In this document: positions 1 through 9,652 of the stretch, piece by piece
Position numbering within the stretch: the first letter of the stretch is position 1
Layout of the letters: the number at the start of each line of letters is the position of its first letter
IMG/VR virus record: IMGVR_UViG_3300028172_000069
Reading direction: 5' to 3' (one strand)
DNA: 64,000 nt
Origin: a virus
Taxonomy: Duplodnaviria > Caudoviricetes
The notes under the pieces: generated by a model
What the model saw: only the letters and a program-made list of their open reading frames with translations
What the model was told of the DNA's origin: nothing
The model's database searches: none
Position numbers and translations under genes: made by a program

Positions 1-569
1 TTCAGTCCGAAGACGTTCATCACGATTGTGCCGACGGCTTCTTTCTGGAGATCGAGCAACAACTTGCGGTATTCAAGTACGGTGTTTACGGTGTGGATTT
101 CCACGTCCAGTCCTTCCAGACGAGTTTTTAACTCGATCAGGCGTAGCGTTGCGAGCGCTGAACTGTCCGTGACGATGTAGGTCTTTGCCCACTTTTCGTT
201 GTAACTGCTGGCAGCCTTGAGGGCTACCGTGTTGAAGCTGTCTGCACCGATAAGCACCGAGCTGTACTTCGATGGGAAGCCAGTATCGAACTCAGGTTCA
301 CCGAGATAGAGAATCAAACTCGGCTTGCTGCGCTCGACAGCGGCTTTCAGTACGCGCTTCAAACTCTCCCTGGAGTACGCGGAAGTGTCGTAGGTAAACC
401 GACGGGCGTTGAACACGAAGATGTGAGGCTCGCGCTCGACTGCAAGGAGTTGGGCTACAATGGAGTTACCATACAGATCGTGAACCGTTGCGGACTGCAC
501 AACCAGTAGGCTTTGGGCATCTACCGTTAGGCAGTAAATTAGCGAGGCAAGTGCCCAGAGCCCTTTCAT
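1..569 (-). CDS. Partial (runs off window) exported protein with N-terminal signal peptide; resembles periplasmic/ABC substrate-binding fold
   Basis: Hand translation from ATG at 569 (MKGLWALASLIYCLTVDAQSLLVVQS...) stays open to position 1; hydrophobic N-terminus; alpha/beta pattern. Not in the ORF track because it is truncated. Confidence 0.6.
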   Translation of the reverse strand, partial: MKGLWALASLIYCLTVDAQSLLVVQSATVHDLYGNSIVAQLLAVEREPHIFVFNARRFTYDTSAYSRESLKRVLKAAVERSKPSLILYLGEPEFDTGFPSKYSSVLIGADSFNTVALKAASSYNEKWAKTYIVTDSSALATLRLIELKTRLEGLDVEIHTVNTVLEYRKLLLDLQKEAVGTIVMNVFGL

Positions 570-574
570 GGTGT

Positions 575-1402
575 TTACCTTATGCCAATGATCGCCGCAG
601 TGCCGGAGCGTGGAGCGGCGAATGTGATGCGGACATTGTTGCCGTCCAGAGGGATTTGCTCAGCGGGAATCATGTAATCCCCGTTGGGCAACGCGACTGC
701 GATGATGAGGTTCTCAGTACCTAGGTCGTGAGCGATCAGCCACTCCAGGTCCTCATCTTCCTGCGTGTGCAGAAACTTTGGAACACCGTCACCGCCGCCA
801 AGCTCAAGGGCTTTCACCTTGTTCTCAACGGTAGTTGTACGGGTACCCAGGGCACGCACCGAGTTGCGCACACTGGTAAGCTGTTGGTACACGGATGCTG
901 CGAGCGACTGAGCAGCGGACGTCAGCTTCTCAACGAACGAACGAGGCACGGCTTCATCAGCCGCGTAGTCCTCGCTTGTTCCAAGAGTGCGTGGGTACAC
1001 AGGCCCAGTGAAGCGGCCGCCAGTTGCATCGAATGCACCCAGGTCGAATGCCGTCAAGTCGTGCGTGTTGCCGATGTTGCGATTCAGTTCTTGGAAGTCC
1101 TGATCGCTAGGACGAGGCTCGTCCCACATCTGCGCGTTCCAGAAGTTGGACTCCGTTGCCGCAGTCCACGTATGCGTGTGGTTTGCACTCGCACCGCGGT
1201 TGACACGGCGCAGTGCCGTTGACGTACTCGGGTCGATCCAGATGAGGTCCAGTGGAGCCACGACTTCAATCGGCTCCACCTTGCTCACGATGATGTTGAT
1301 GCGGGTTTTGCTTGGCCCGTCTGTGGTAAGCAGCACGGGATTAGAGTCAGTCAGGCCTCGGACTTGCGCTGCCTGAATGAGTCTTGCAATCGGCAGGACC
1401 AT
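575..1402 (-). CDS. Tail/baseplate-associated structural protein
   Basis: ATG at 1402 with GAGG RBS; C-terminal FLHTQ..W.IAHDLG motif typical of phage tail-collar-like proteins; N-terminal domain paralogous to 40420-41064 and the N-terminus of 35832-40406. Confidence 0.65.
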   Translation of the reverse strand: MVLPIARLIQAAQVRGLTDSNPVLLTTDGPSKTRINIIVSKVEPIEVVAPLDLIWIDPSTSTALRRVNRGASANHTHTWTAATESNFWNAQMWDEPRPSDQDFQELNRNIGNTHDLTAFDLGAFDATGGRFTGPVYPRTLGTSEDYAADEAVPRSFVEKLTSAAQSLAASVYQQLTSVRNSVRALGTRTTTVENKVKALELGGGDGVPKFLHTQEDEDLEWLIAHDLGTENLIIAVALPNGDYMIPAEQIPLDGNNVRITFAAPRSGTAAIIGIR

Positions 1403-1433
1403 GGGATTCACCTCGATTTACACTGCGTCTAAA

Positions 1434-1880
1434 TTATCCACAATGGAGAGAGACGAGGTGGTCCCCGATCGCTGTCGCCACTTTCTTGGCATCCTCCTTG
1501 GAGAGTTCCACGAGCTTGAAGCCGCCGGGTACGTAGGCAATCGCACGGACTTGCTTGACGTTGCTGGCGAGGTCAAGCTGGAGTACCGCCAGAGCACTAG
1601 GCTCCAGCGAGTAGCACACATCGTTCACGACAAGGCCAGCAACGATCTGCGAGGCCACATCAGGGCGAACAGGCACGGGCTCCACATCATGCACGGACGT
1701 CTCATGGAGCTTCCCGTCGATGATCCGATAGCGATGTGGGCGTGCGCCAACTTCTTCCTTGGTGCTAATGTCCAGTTCGATCACATGCTCTGTGTCAGGC
1801 TTACCCGTCACAGGGTTGTGAAAGGCAAGAATCTCGCCAGACACGGGATCGTACTCCACGAGGTAAAACGGCATTTCCAT
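1434..1880 (-). CDS. Hypothetical protein, possible tail-fibre assembly factor
   Basis: 148-aa ORF directly downstream of a collagen-like fibre gene, tightly packed. Confidence 0.5.
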   Translation of the reverse strand: MEMPFYLVEYDPVSGEILAFHNPVTGKPDTEHVIELDISTKEEVGARPHRYRIIDGKLHETSVHDVEPVPVRPDVASQIVAGLVVNDVCYSLEPSALAVLQLDLASNVKQVRAIAYVPGGFKLVELSKEDAKKVATAIGDHLVSLHCG

Positions 1881-1891
1881 ACACCACCTCC

Positions 1892-2701
1892 TTAAGGAGC
1901 GTCGCTGCCAATGACGAAGTAGTAGAAGTCCCAGCCGGTGGCAGCCACAGGTTGAGTCCCGCCAGCACCATCGCTCTCTTGTGCAAGCAGCGAGGTGTCC
2001 ACGGAAAGCTCTGCGTTACCCTTGTTCACCCGATCAATCCGCACAGCGTTCTTGACGTTGCTCTTCGGGTTAATGAACTGGATGTGCATTGTCCGAGGCT
2101 TGTCGGTGATGAACGACTCTGGGAAGATCACGCGCTGGAAAAGCGCAGCCTCGGTCGACGTGAAGCGGCCCCAGCACTTCAAGCTGAGGTTGTCGAATCG
2201 CTCGTAGGCATCGACTTCACCCACGCCGAACGTTGGCGTCTTACCATCTTGCCCTGCTGGGCCAGTCGGACCGGTGGGACCCGTCGGGCCAGTAGCGCCC
2301 TGAACACCGGGACCACCACTCGAACCTGCAGGACCGGTTGCACCCTGAGGACCCGGATCACCTTTGGGGCCAACGCAACCCTGATCGCCGACACGGCCGT
2401 CTTTACCGTTACGACCGTTCGAGCCGGGTTTGCCTTGAGGGCCAGTGGGACCCGTAGGCCCCACTCCCACCGACTGCGTTGTAAGGAAGCCACGGATCAG
2501 CAGCGTACTGCGATCCGCGCGGTTGAGAACGAGTGAGCCCGTCTCCGAGTCATAATCACCGGAGACGATTGTGGTATCACCGTTCAGATTCTCGTCATCC
2601 TGAAGCTCCAGCTCATTGCCGTTGAACTTCACAATGTCGTTGGTATCACCCGTGCCCGGATCGAGCAGCGGCAATGGCACCCTGGTCAGTCTACCAGTCA
2701 T
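1892..2701 (-). CDS. Collagen-like tail fibre protein
   Basis: About 25 Gly-X-Y triplets (GPTGPTGPQG...); N-terminal module shared with three other collagen-like genes. Confidence 0.8.
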   Translation of the reverse strand: MTGRLTRVPLPLLDPGTGDTNDIVKFNGNELELQDDENLNGDTTIVSGDYDSETGSLVLNRADRSTLLIRGFLTTQSVGVGPTGPTGPQGKPGSNGRNGKDGRVGDQGCVGPKGDPGPQGATGPAGSSGGPGVQGATGPTGPTGPTGPAGQDGKTPTFGVGEVDAYERFDNLSLKCWGRFTSTEAALFQRVIFPESFITDKPRTMHIQFINPKSNVKNAVRIDRVNKGNAELSVDTSLLAQESDGAGGTQPVAATGWDFYYFVIGSDAP

Positions 2702-2708
2702 AGTCTTC

Positions 2709-2879
2709 TCACTTCACGTTGAGCCATTTGGTGTTGTCCGAGGAGCGCACCTTGGTGTTGAGCGGGTTCATCTGAATCCACGACTTGTTGTCGCTCGCCC
2801 TGACTTTCCAACCCAGCTTGTCAAAGTTTTGAATCCACGGGTCGCTAACGGACTGTCGAACACGGAGTCTGACTGCCAT
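2709..2879 (-). CDS. Small Trp-repeat protein (56 aa), paralog of the N-terminus of the adjacent 1216-aa adhesin
   Basis: ATG overlaps the upstream stop (TAATG at 2877-2881); repeats of (K/R)VR.xxN.xW. Confidence 0.7.
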   Translation of the reverse strand: MAVRLRVRQSVSDPWIQNFDKLGWKVRASDNKSWIQMNPLNTKVRSSDNTKWLNVK

Positions 2880-5800
2880 TATCCGATCTCCCCAATGCTG
2901 TTGGCTTGACCTTTCCAATCTGCTGCTTTGGTCAGGTACTGGACTTGGTTGTTGTAGCGCACGCTGAATCCAGCATAGCCAGGCGTACAGTTCGGGATGT
3001 TCTTGTATCGCAGGATCACGTTGCGAGTCCCCGCGCGTACATCCACAGTGAGTGTTGCCACGCCAATTGGACCAGAGCCCACCTTCTTACAGTCAATGTA
3101 CAACTCATAGTCATCGTCCGAGATAACGGTGATAACGTGCGAGCCGCTGTACGTGAACGGGATGAAGGCTTGCATCAGGTACATGACGTTGCCAGCAGCG
3201 CAATCGAAGTTTGGCTGCACGTGCAGGAGATTGCAGCCATCAGGACCACCAGCGCGCTCGAACACTTGCTCGCTTGGGTTCTGGTTGCAGATCGCGCTGT
3301 CGTCATCCATGATCGTGCCGAAGCCACCAGACTTGGTGATGTTACCCTTCGACGCATTGCCGATGGTCATGCCCACGGTGCGATCAGGTTGCTGCACGTC
3401 GTTACCGAAGACTGGGACACAGACCTGCTTGGAAGTCTCACCCGGTGCGAACGTCACGGTACCCGATGTTGGCTGATAGTCACGCTCCTCAACCTTGATG
3501 CGCAGTGCACCTTCACTACCGCCTGCAGGAATCTTCTCGCAGTGCAGACCATCCCACGCTTGGTGATCGCCCCACGCAGTAATCATGGCAGCTACGCTGA
3601 TAGCACTACGATCCACTGAGCCGTAGAACTCCATCCCGAACAGGTTAGCCAACTGGTTGGCACCAGACTCGAAGACGTAGTGGTCAGTGATGACAACAAG
3701 GCCACCACCGCGCTTAGCGTACTCGGCGAAGTTGGCTACCGAACCCTCCTTCAGGATACCTTCAGCCGCTACACCAGTTGCCGTCACCCGCGAACCCATG
3801 AAGATGATGGTGTCATACGTCAGGAGCTCAGCCAGTGGGATAGCACCCACAGAGTTCCACGCGTACACGTCTTTCATCACAGGCGTGAAGCCAGCAGCCG
3901 TGACAGTACCCGGCAAGCTGATACCGAACCCGTTGGGCTGACTGTCGAGCGTGTAGTTCCCACCAGTCGCGTTGTCGCAGGTAATCAACACCTTGCCTGT
4001 GCGATTGTTGGTGCGCGCAGTCCACTGGATCAAGTTCTTCAGGTAGGTGAATGCAGGTGGCAGACCAATGCCGGACACGAACACGGAGCTGAACGTGGCG
4101 TTTGCTTGCGACTGGGCACAGAAGCCCCAGCTGGTCTGGCCTGTGAATGCGCTCAGGTCAGCATCTGCACTCAGGTCCACTTCGATCTTGGTGCCAGAGT
4201 CCAGTGCAACCGAACCAAAGGGTGAGCAGTAGATCGTGATGATGTTGCAGTCACGCTCAACCCGCACACGGGTCTGCCCACGACCATTCCAGTTCCCGTT
4301 GCCGCCAGAAGTCTTCGTCGCGAGCACCTTAGTAGGTACACCGTTGACAAGCAGCGTCAGATTGAAGTTACCACTACCATAACCTCCCATGCCACCGGGT
4401 ACACGCGATGCAACCAGATGGTAGTTGTCAGCACCAACACGGGCGAACGCAGCTACCAAGCCGATCATATCGTCATCCGCCTCGCCAGACGACAGCGTGG
4501 CCTCAAACGTGTAGCTCATGTACGACAGCGGCGAACAGAACGAAATCATCTTGGAACTGTTCGTGGTCGACTGGATGTTCCCGCTCGACAACCGCCATGC
4601 AGTAGCTTGCGATGCAGCAGGGATTGTGGTAGGGTCCGAGTAATACTCGTCGCCTGCCGTCCGCCACCACGAGTCGAATACGGCCTGACCAGTAGGTGCA
4701 TCCTGCGGCGCCCTGTAGGCATTGTTGTAGAACTTGGGGAACCCGCCATCGAATGCTGCACGACCAACGCCACAGTCCGCGACTGCGATAAAGGGGTTGT
4801 TGAACTCGTCGTTCGCCAAAATCCGGCCTTGGCAGATGAAGGGCTTAGCAGTACCGCCACCAGATTGGTAATCGACAGTCACAGGCATGGACTGCGGCTT
4901 ATCCATAGTCACGGTCCAGCAGAGTTGGGCAGTCTCACCCTCCTTGCCTTCCTTGACAATCGGATCGTCGATGCTGATGTTTGGATCCTCATCACCCGGG
5001 CACGTATGCAGGAACGACCACGAGGTCTTACCGCTGCCAGTTACCCGAATCTGGATCTTCTGACCACCAGCGGGGTTGTAGTTGAAGTACAGCCAGTGAT
5101 CGCCAGTAACAGGCCCACCAGTCGTCGCAACCAACGTACCGCCTTGATAGACGTCCAGCTTATCGGGGATGTTGTACATCTGGTAACGCACACCCACCTT
5201 ACCAGCATTCGGACCCATATCGACATAGGTGTCAGTAACACCAGCACCACCAGACGTCACGGCGCTCTGATCCGAACACGGCCGTGGATCATCTTCACTA
5301 CCCTTCTCGCCCGGACAGGTGATCAGGTAAATCCACGAGGTCCCAGGGTCCCGTGCAGTGATGCGCACCATGACAAGCTGCGACTCGGTAGGCGAATAGT
5401 CAAACTTCACATGGCCTTCGCCTGCCACGTATCCGCCAGTAGACTTGAGCAACCGTCCGTCTTGGAATACTTCGAGCTTATCCGGCTGGTTCCACATCTG
5501 GTAGTGTATGTCTACCAAGCCAGCCTTATCACCCATGGCGTGATAGAACTCAAACGTTCCCAACCCGCCTTCTTTCTTCACCTCGAACGTACCGTGGCAT
5601 GGACGTGGATCAGTGATTTCACCGTCCGTATCGTCGTCACCCACGCACTTCATCTGGAGCGTCCACTTGCTGGCCTTAGTAGCCCTAACCCGGACAAACA
5701 CCAGTGGGTCGTTATTCACCGGCGTGAACACGAACTGCAATACGCCTTTGCCAGTACGCTGCCCACCAGTGCTCGCAATGACCTTGCCGCGGTAGTACAC

Positions 5801-6529
5801 ATCGACACTAACAGCACCAGCGTTCGCCATCCATGGCATACGCACCGCACCGCCTTCCTTGCCCATGTTCAGGTAGAACTCCCAGATACCCTTACCGCTA
5901 CCATTGATAGCACTTGGGCACTCGAATGGGCAATCAAACCCACCGGCGATCTTCGTACCGCAGTCCATGTCCGGACGGATAATGAGGACACCCTTCTCCT
6001 CACAGACACCCAGTCCGGGACGGTAGATACACGAGCCCTTGTCGCCCGCTCCATCCCCATCGCTATCTGGCAGATCATAGCCACCTGGATATGGTGCTCC
6101 TTCCTGCCATCCAGAGCCGCCTTGGCCGGATCCTTTATCCCCATTATTGTACCAAGGGCTGCCAGGACCGTTCAAACCGCCTCCTATTCCGCCCGACCCA
6201 GACCCAGGGTCCGTGCCGTTACCGCCCGCCCCTCCGTTGCCTCCGTTGCCACCTGTTCCACCGCCGGAGCCGTTACCACCACCTGAACCATTGCTACCCT
6301 TACCGTCCGGTGTGCCGCCGTACTCATCCTCAGTGTCACAACTGGCTAGGCCTTCCGCCTTGCAATCAATGTCCAGCCAATAGGTCTCAGCACCATGGCG
6401 AACCTTCATGCCCTGCGCAGGAGTGATGCGTGTCCAGCCTGTGTTGCTTGGATTGCGCACCCGCCATTCACTCTGGCAGATATCCAACCACTTGGTGTTG
6501 GCCGCATTCCTGATTCTTAGTCTACTCAT
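2879..6529 (-). CDS. Large tail fibre / receptor-binding adhesin (Gly-rich linker, three beta-sandwich repeats, split Calx-beta, lectin-like and GATase-like domains, PA14-like C-terminus)
   Basis: 1216 aa; three repeats with Y.M.N.PDKL.VYQ.G core; Calx-beta halves ISIDDPIVKEG...VTVDYQS and DYQPTSGTVTFAPGETSKQV; DDDMIGLV motif; ISDDDYELYID motif. Confidence 0.75.
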   Translation of the reverse strand: MSRLRIRNAANTKWLDICQSEWRVRNPSNTGWTRITPAQGMKVRHGAETYWLDIDCKAEGLASCDTEDEYGGTPDGKGSNGSGGGNGSGGGTGGNGGNGGAGGNGTDPGSGSGGIGGGLNGPGSPWYNNGDKGSGQGGSGWQEGAPYPGGYDLPDSDGDGAGDKGSCIYRPGLGVCEEKGVLIIRPDMDCGTKIAGGFDCPFECPSAINGSGKGIWEFYLNMGKEGGAVRMPWMANAGAVSVDVYYRGKVIASTGGQRTGKGVLQFVFTPVNNDPLVFVRVRATKASKWTLQMKCVGDDDTDGEITDPRPCHGTFEVKKEGGLGTFEFYHAMGDKAGLVDIHYQMWNQPDKLEVFQDGRLLKSTGGYVAGEGHVKFDYSPTESQLVMVRITARDPGTSWIYLITCPGEKGSEDDPRPCSDQSAVTSGGAGVTDTYVDMGPNAGKVGVRYQMYNIPDKLDVYQGGTLVATTGGPVTGDHWLYFNYNPAGGQKIQIRVTGSGKTSWSFLHTCPGDEDPNISIDDPIVKEGKEGETAQLCWTVTMDKPQSMPVTVDYQSGGGTAKPFICQGRILANDEFNNPFIAVADCGVGRAAFDGGFPKFYNNAYRAPQDAPTGQAVFDSWWRTAGDEYYSDPTTIPAASQATAWRLSSGNIQSTTNSSKMISFCSPLSYMSYTFEATLSSGEADDDMIGLVAAFARVGADNYHLVASRVPGGMGGYGSGNFNLTLLVNGVPTKVLATKTSGGNGNWNGRGQTRVRVERDCNIITIYCSPFGSVALDSGTKIEVDLSADADLSAFTGQTSWGFCAQSQANATFSSVFVSGIGLPPAFTYLKNLIQWTARTNNRTGKVLITCDNATGGNYTLDSQPNGFGISLPGTVTAAGFTPVMKDVYAWNSVGAIPLAELLTYDTIIFMGSRVTATGVAAEGILKEGSVANFAEYAKRGGGLVVITDHYVFESGANQLANLFGMEFYGSVDRSAISVAAMITAWGDHQAWDGLHCEKIPAGGSEGALRIKVEERDYQPTSGTVTFAPGETSKQVCVPVFGNDVQQPDRTVGMTIGNASKGNITKSGGFGTIMDDDSAICNQNPSEQVFERAGGPDGCNLLHVQPNFDCAAGNVMYLMQAFIPFTYSGSHVITVISDDDYELYIDCKKVGSGPIGVATLTVDVRAGTRNVILRYKNIPNCTPGYAGFSVRYNNQVQYLTKAADWKGQANSIGEIG

Positions 6530-6544
6530 TGGTAGAACTCCAAC

Positions 6545-7060
6545 TTATGGCTTGACCCACAGTGCCCCAGGGACAACGTGGACGGCAGCATCCAGCACTG
6601 GGTCAGCGGTCTGAATCCAGATTTGAACGACGCCATCCTTGCCATCAGGGCCAGTGGGTCCAGTTGCACCGTTAGGGCCTGTAGCCCCTGGGTTGCCTTG
6701 TTCGCCGCGAGGGCCTTGACGACCGGGAGGGCCAGCTGGGCCTTGGCAACCAGTGGCACCCTTCTCACCGTCAGTACCATTGAGACCATCACGGCCATCT
6801 TGACCTGCTGGGCCAGTGGGGCCTGCTTGGCCAACGCCCATGTCGCTGACAGTGGTGAACCCAGAGAGCTGGAGGCTTTCACCATTGCGCAGGACGAGCG
6901 TCAGGGTACCAGAGGTGGCGTCGTAGTTACCAGCCGTGATGCCGTAGTCGTTCTGGTTGAGGCTATCCTCTTCCACCACGACGTTGTTACCATCGAAGCG
7001 CACGTCACTACCAGAGCGACCTTTGGCATCGAGCAATTTGAGTGGAACGCGAGTCAGCAT
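6545..7060 (-). CDS. Collagen-like tail fibre protein
   Basis: Gly-X-Y run; shared N-module; C-terminal IQTADP...GALWVKP motif. Confidence 0.8.
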   Translation of the reverse strand: MLTRVPLKLLDAKGRSGSDVRFDGNNVVVEEDSLNQNDYGITAGNYDATSGTLTLVLRNGESLQLSGFTTVSDMGVGQAGPTGPAGQDGRDGLNGTDGEKGATGCQGPAGPPGRQGPRGEQGNPGATGPNGATGPTGPDGKDGVVQIWIQTADPVLDAAVHVVPGALWVKP

Positions 7061-7072
7061 AAGGTCACCTTG

Positions 7073-7768
7073 TTATGGCCATGGAGTGCCGATGGGTGGG
7101 TCAGTCGCAGGAGGCGTTACAGTGCCGCCACCGCCGCCACCCGATGCAGGAGTTTCAGTGGCGCTTGGGTTAACCCAGAGCCAGCCAGCACCCACGTTAC
7201 CAGGGTCAGTAGTGGAGACGATGATATTCACGGTACCTGCAGGGCCAGGAGCACCCGGCTTACCCGTAGGACCTTGCTCACCTCTTGGACCAGTGGGGCC
7301 GATTGGACCTTGCGGGCCAGTGGGTCCGCGTTCACCCGGTGCACCCTTGGGACCTGGGCAACCACGAACGCCTTGCTGACCCATCATGCCATCGCGACCA
7401 TCAGGGCCGGTAGCACCAGTGGCGCCTTGTGGCCCCGCTGGACCTTGGCAACCCTCTTCGCCTTTCTCACCGTCCTTACCATCACGGCCGTCTTGGCCAT
7501 CTTTACCCGGCAAACCCTGAGGGCCTGTGGGACCAGCAGGGATGTTACCCGCTGTGGCAAAGCCATTGATACGAACGGTATCACCGTTGCTCATGGTGAG
7601 CGTCAGGATACCCAGCTGGGCATCGTAGTAGCCGCTGGAGACTTCACTGATATCCGACTCAAGCGGCGCACTGGCCTCAAGGTGTTCGTCCCTGACCACT
7701 ACTTCGGTCTGGTCTGATTCACCCGGGGCATAGATCAACGAACTGTGGATTCGAGTCAAGCCTGTCAT
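7073..7768 (-). CDS. Collagen-like tail fibre protein
   Basis: Long Gly-X-Y run; shared N-module; C-terminal VSTTDP..GWLWVNP motif. Confidence 0.8.
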   Translation of the reverse strand: MTGLTRIHSSLIYAPGESDQTEVVVRDEHLEASAPLESDISEVSSGYYDAQLGILTLTMSNGDTVRINGFATAGNIPAGPTGPQGLPGKDGQDGRDGKDGEKGEEGCQGPAGPQGATGATGPDGRDGMMGQQGVRGCPGPKGAPGERGPTGPQGPIGPTGPRGEQGPTGKPGAPGPAGTVNIIVSTTDPGNVGAGWLWVNPSATETPASGGGGGGTVTPPATDPPIGTPWP

Positions 7769-7777
7769 GTTGAATCC

Positions 7778-9187
7778 TTATAGGTACTGCTGCACGGAGC
7801 TGTTGCCTGCCCAGTTGTCGTCAGTCTTGGATGAGGCAAACTCACCTTTGAGGCCGGCGTTCTTGGCATTCTTACCCGTGAAGTACAGCAGTTCGCCTGT
7901 GGAGGCGTTGTAGATTTTCAGGGCACACCACGTTGGGATGCGCGCTGCGTTGTTGAGGAAGCGCAGGCGAACCTCAGTGGGTTTGTCCAGTGTCTTCGTG
8001 ACTCGCGTGGTACCACCTGGGTAGTCCGTCTGGCTGATGATCGCACAGTTCAGGAACAAGGTGGAGGCAACGCCCGGTGGAGTAATCAACTCGAAGGTGT
8101 ACGCTGCACCAGCGGCCAGAGTACCACACATGACGACACTGTTTGGCCACCATGCAGTGTTTTGCCGTGCGAGTGGAAGTCCCGAGAGACCCAGTACACC
8201 GCCACCTGCATCGAAGTTGGCCCATGCAACATACCACGCAGTCGAGGTACCACCACACGAACTCTTCGGACTCTGGTTACCAAAGCTCGTACACAGGCTG
8301 ATGCGCGCAGATGCAGTAGGTGGAGGCGATGGGTTAGCTGGCGCTGATGTATCAGGAGCAGGCGTTGCTGGCGCAGTAGTTGCACCGCACAGCTTACCAG
8401 TCCAGCCACACGTTGGCGCAACTGCATCAACACCGTCATCGTCCAAGCCCATGATTGCGACTTCTGGATCAGAGGCAGCGGCTAGGCCAAAGGCAACACC
8501 CTTACCGAACTTGGCACCTTGTGCACCTTGAGCGCCAGTGTTCTCTTCATCGCAACTTGGTCCAGTGAGGCCACGAGCGCCTTCAAACCCGTTACGTCCC
8601 TGTGGACCCACGACACCACGATCGCCCGATGCACCCTCACAACCGTCTGGACCTTGCAAGCCCATGATGCCGGGATTACCTTCGACGCCTGGGTTACCAG
8701 TCTCACCCGGATCACCCTTCTCACCTTCGCAACCGGTAGCACCTTGAGCACCATCACGACCGAGACGTCCGTTCTTCCCATCTTTACCCGGATCGCCACG
8801 AGGACCTGTAGCACCATGACCCATCGCGTCTTGGCGCAGGAAGTTGAAGATGCGGTACTCTTCTTGGTTCTTCCGCACGAGGACAAGCGAACCCGTTTGT
8901 GGGTCGTAGCTCCACTCCTCGATAAGGCGCCCGTTCTCCAGCGTGCGATCACGGTAGTCGATGCTGTTGGACTCTTTGCGGAAGGCTTCCCTGCCATCCT
9001 GCCCAAACGTCTCGAACTGGTTGAGTTGTGGCTCAGTCAATGTCTGGCCAGTCATCAGGGCCTGAATCTCTTTCGAGTTCTTCACCCTGAGGTTTGTAAT
9101 CACAGGCGCACCGATGGGCACCCGGGATTGGTCTCCTAGGATAGACTTCCCAAGGAGTGGAGAGTCGGAAACACCTTTCACACTCAT
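7778..9187 (-). CDS. Collagen-like tail fibre protein with Pro/Ala linker and C-terminal PA14-like beta domain
   Basis: Gly-X-Y run with Cys; APATPAPDTSAPANPSPPP linker; Cys-rich beta-sandwich-like C-terminus. Confidence 0.75.
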   Translation of the reverse strand: MSVKGVSDSPLLGKSILGDQSRVPIGAPVITNLRVKNSKEIQALMTGQTLTEPQLNQFETFGQDGREAFRKESNSIDYRDRTLENGRLIEEWSYDPQTGSLVLVRKNQEEYRIFNFLRQDAMGHGATGPRGDPGKDGKNGRLGRDGAQGATGCEGEKGDPGETGNPGVEGNPGIMGLQGPDGCEGASGDRGVVGPQGRNGFEGARGLTGPSCDEENTGAQGAQGAKFGKGVAFGLAAASDPEVAIMGLDDDGVDAVAPTCGWTGKLCGATTAPATPAPDTSAPANPSPPPTASARISLCTSFGNQSPKSSCGGTSTAWYVAWANFDAGGGVLGLSGLPLARQNTAWWPNSVVMCGTLAAGAAYTFELITPPGVASTLFLNCAIISQTDYPGGTTRVTKTLDKPTEVRLRFLNNAARIPTWCALKIYNASTGELLYFTGKNAKNAGLKGEFASSKTDDNWAGNSSVQQYL

Positions 9188-9645
9188 AGTGCACCTAGTG
9201 TATGCGACAATGCCTCCAGTATGGTATCAACCTGTTCACAGGCTGTTGCTTGCCCCACCATGGAGGTGCTGTCGTGTTGAATGAATCGCAGCTTGTTGTG
9301 CCGTTCGTTAAGCTGCGCAAACGTCTTGCGCGTGTCCTCAACCGTTAACCAGCCAAGGACCTCATCGAAACAGGACTGCTCGCAAGCAACGCTGCGGTGC
9401 AGTTGGTTCAGATGCTGCTCAGACGGCAGCAGCTTGCCCACTTCGGTACGGATAATCTCCAGCGCCTTTGCCTTGTAGGAAATAAGCGATGGGCTGATCC
9501 GAACATTCACACCGGTGACTTCAATGTCCAGCATGCCAGGGTTGTCCTCCAGCATCCTGTATATGTCGTCACCAATGGGAATGGCGTCGTGTGGCGGCTG
9601 TGTGCTGCGTCCATAACTCCCATCGGGCATGACGTAGCAGATCAT
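9184..9645 (-). CDS. Hypothetical protein, possible tail-fibre assembly factor
   Basis: 153-aa ORF between baseplate/fibre genes; 4-nt overlap with the downstream gene. Confidence 0.5.
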   Translation of the reverse strand: MICYVMPDGSYGRSTQPPHDAIPIGDDIYRMLEDNPGMLDIEVTGVNVRISPSLISYKAKALEIIRTEVGKLLPSEQHLNQLHRSVACEQSCFDEVLGWLTVEDTRKTFAQLNERHNKLRFIQHDSTSMVGQATACEQVDTILEALSHTLGAL

Positions 9646-9652
9646 GGCTCAC

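Noticed and set aside
1892-9187. GGN-rich 9-nt periodic repeats
   Set aside because: Explained by collagen Gly-X-Y coding; not independent DNA elements.
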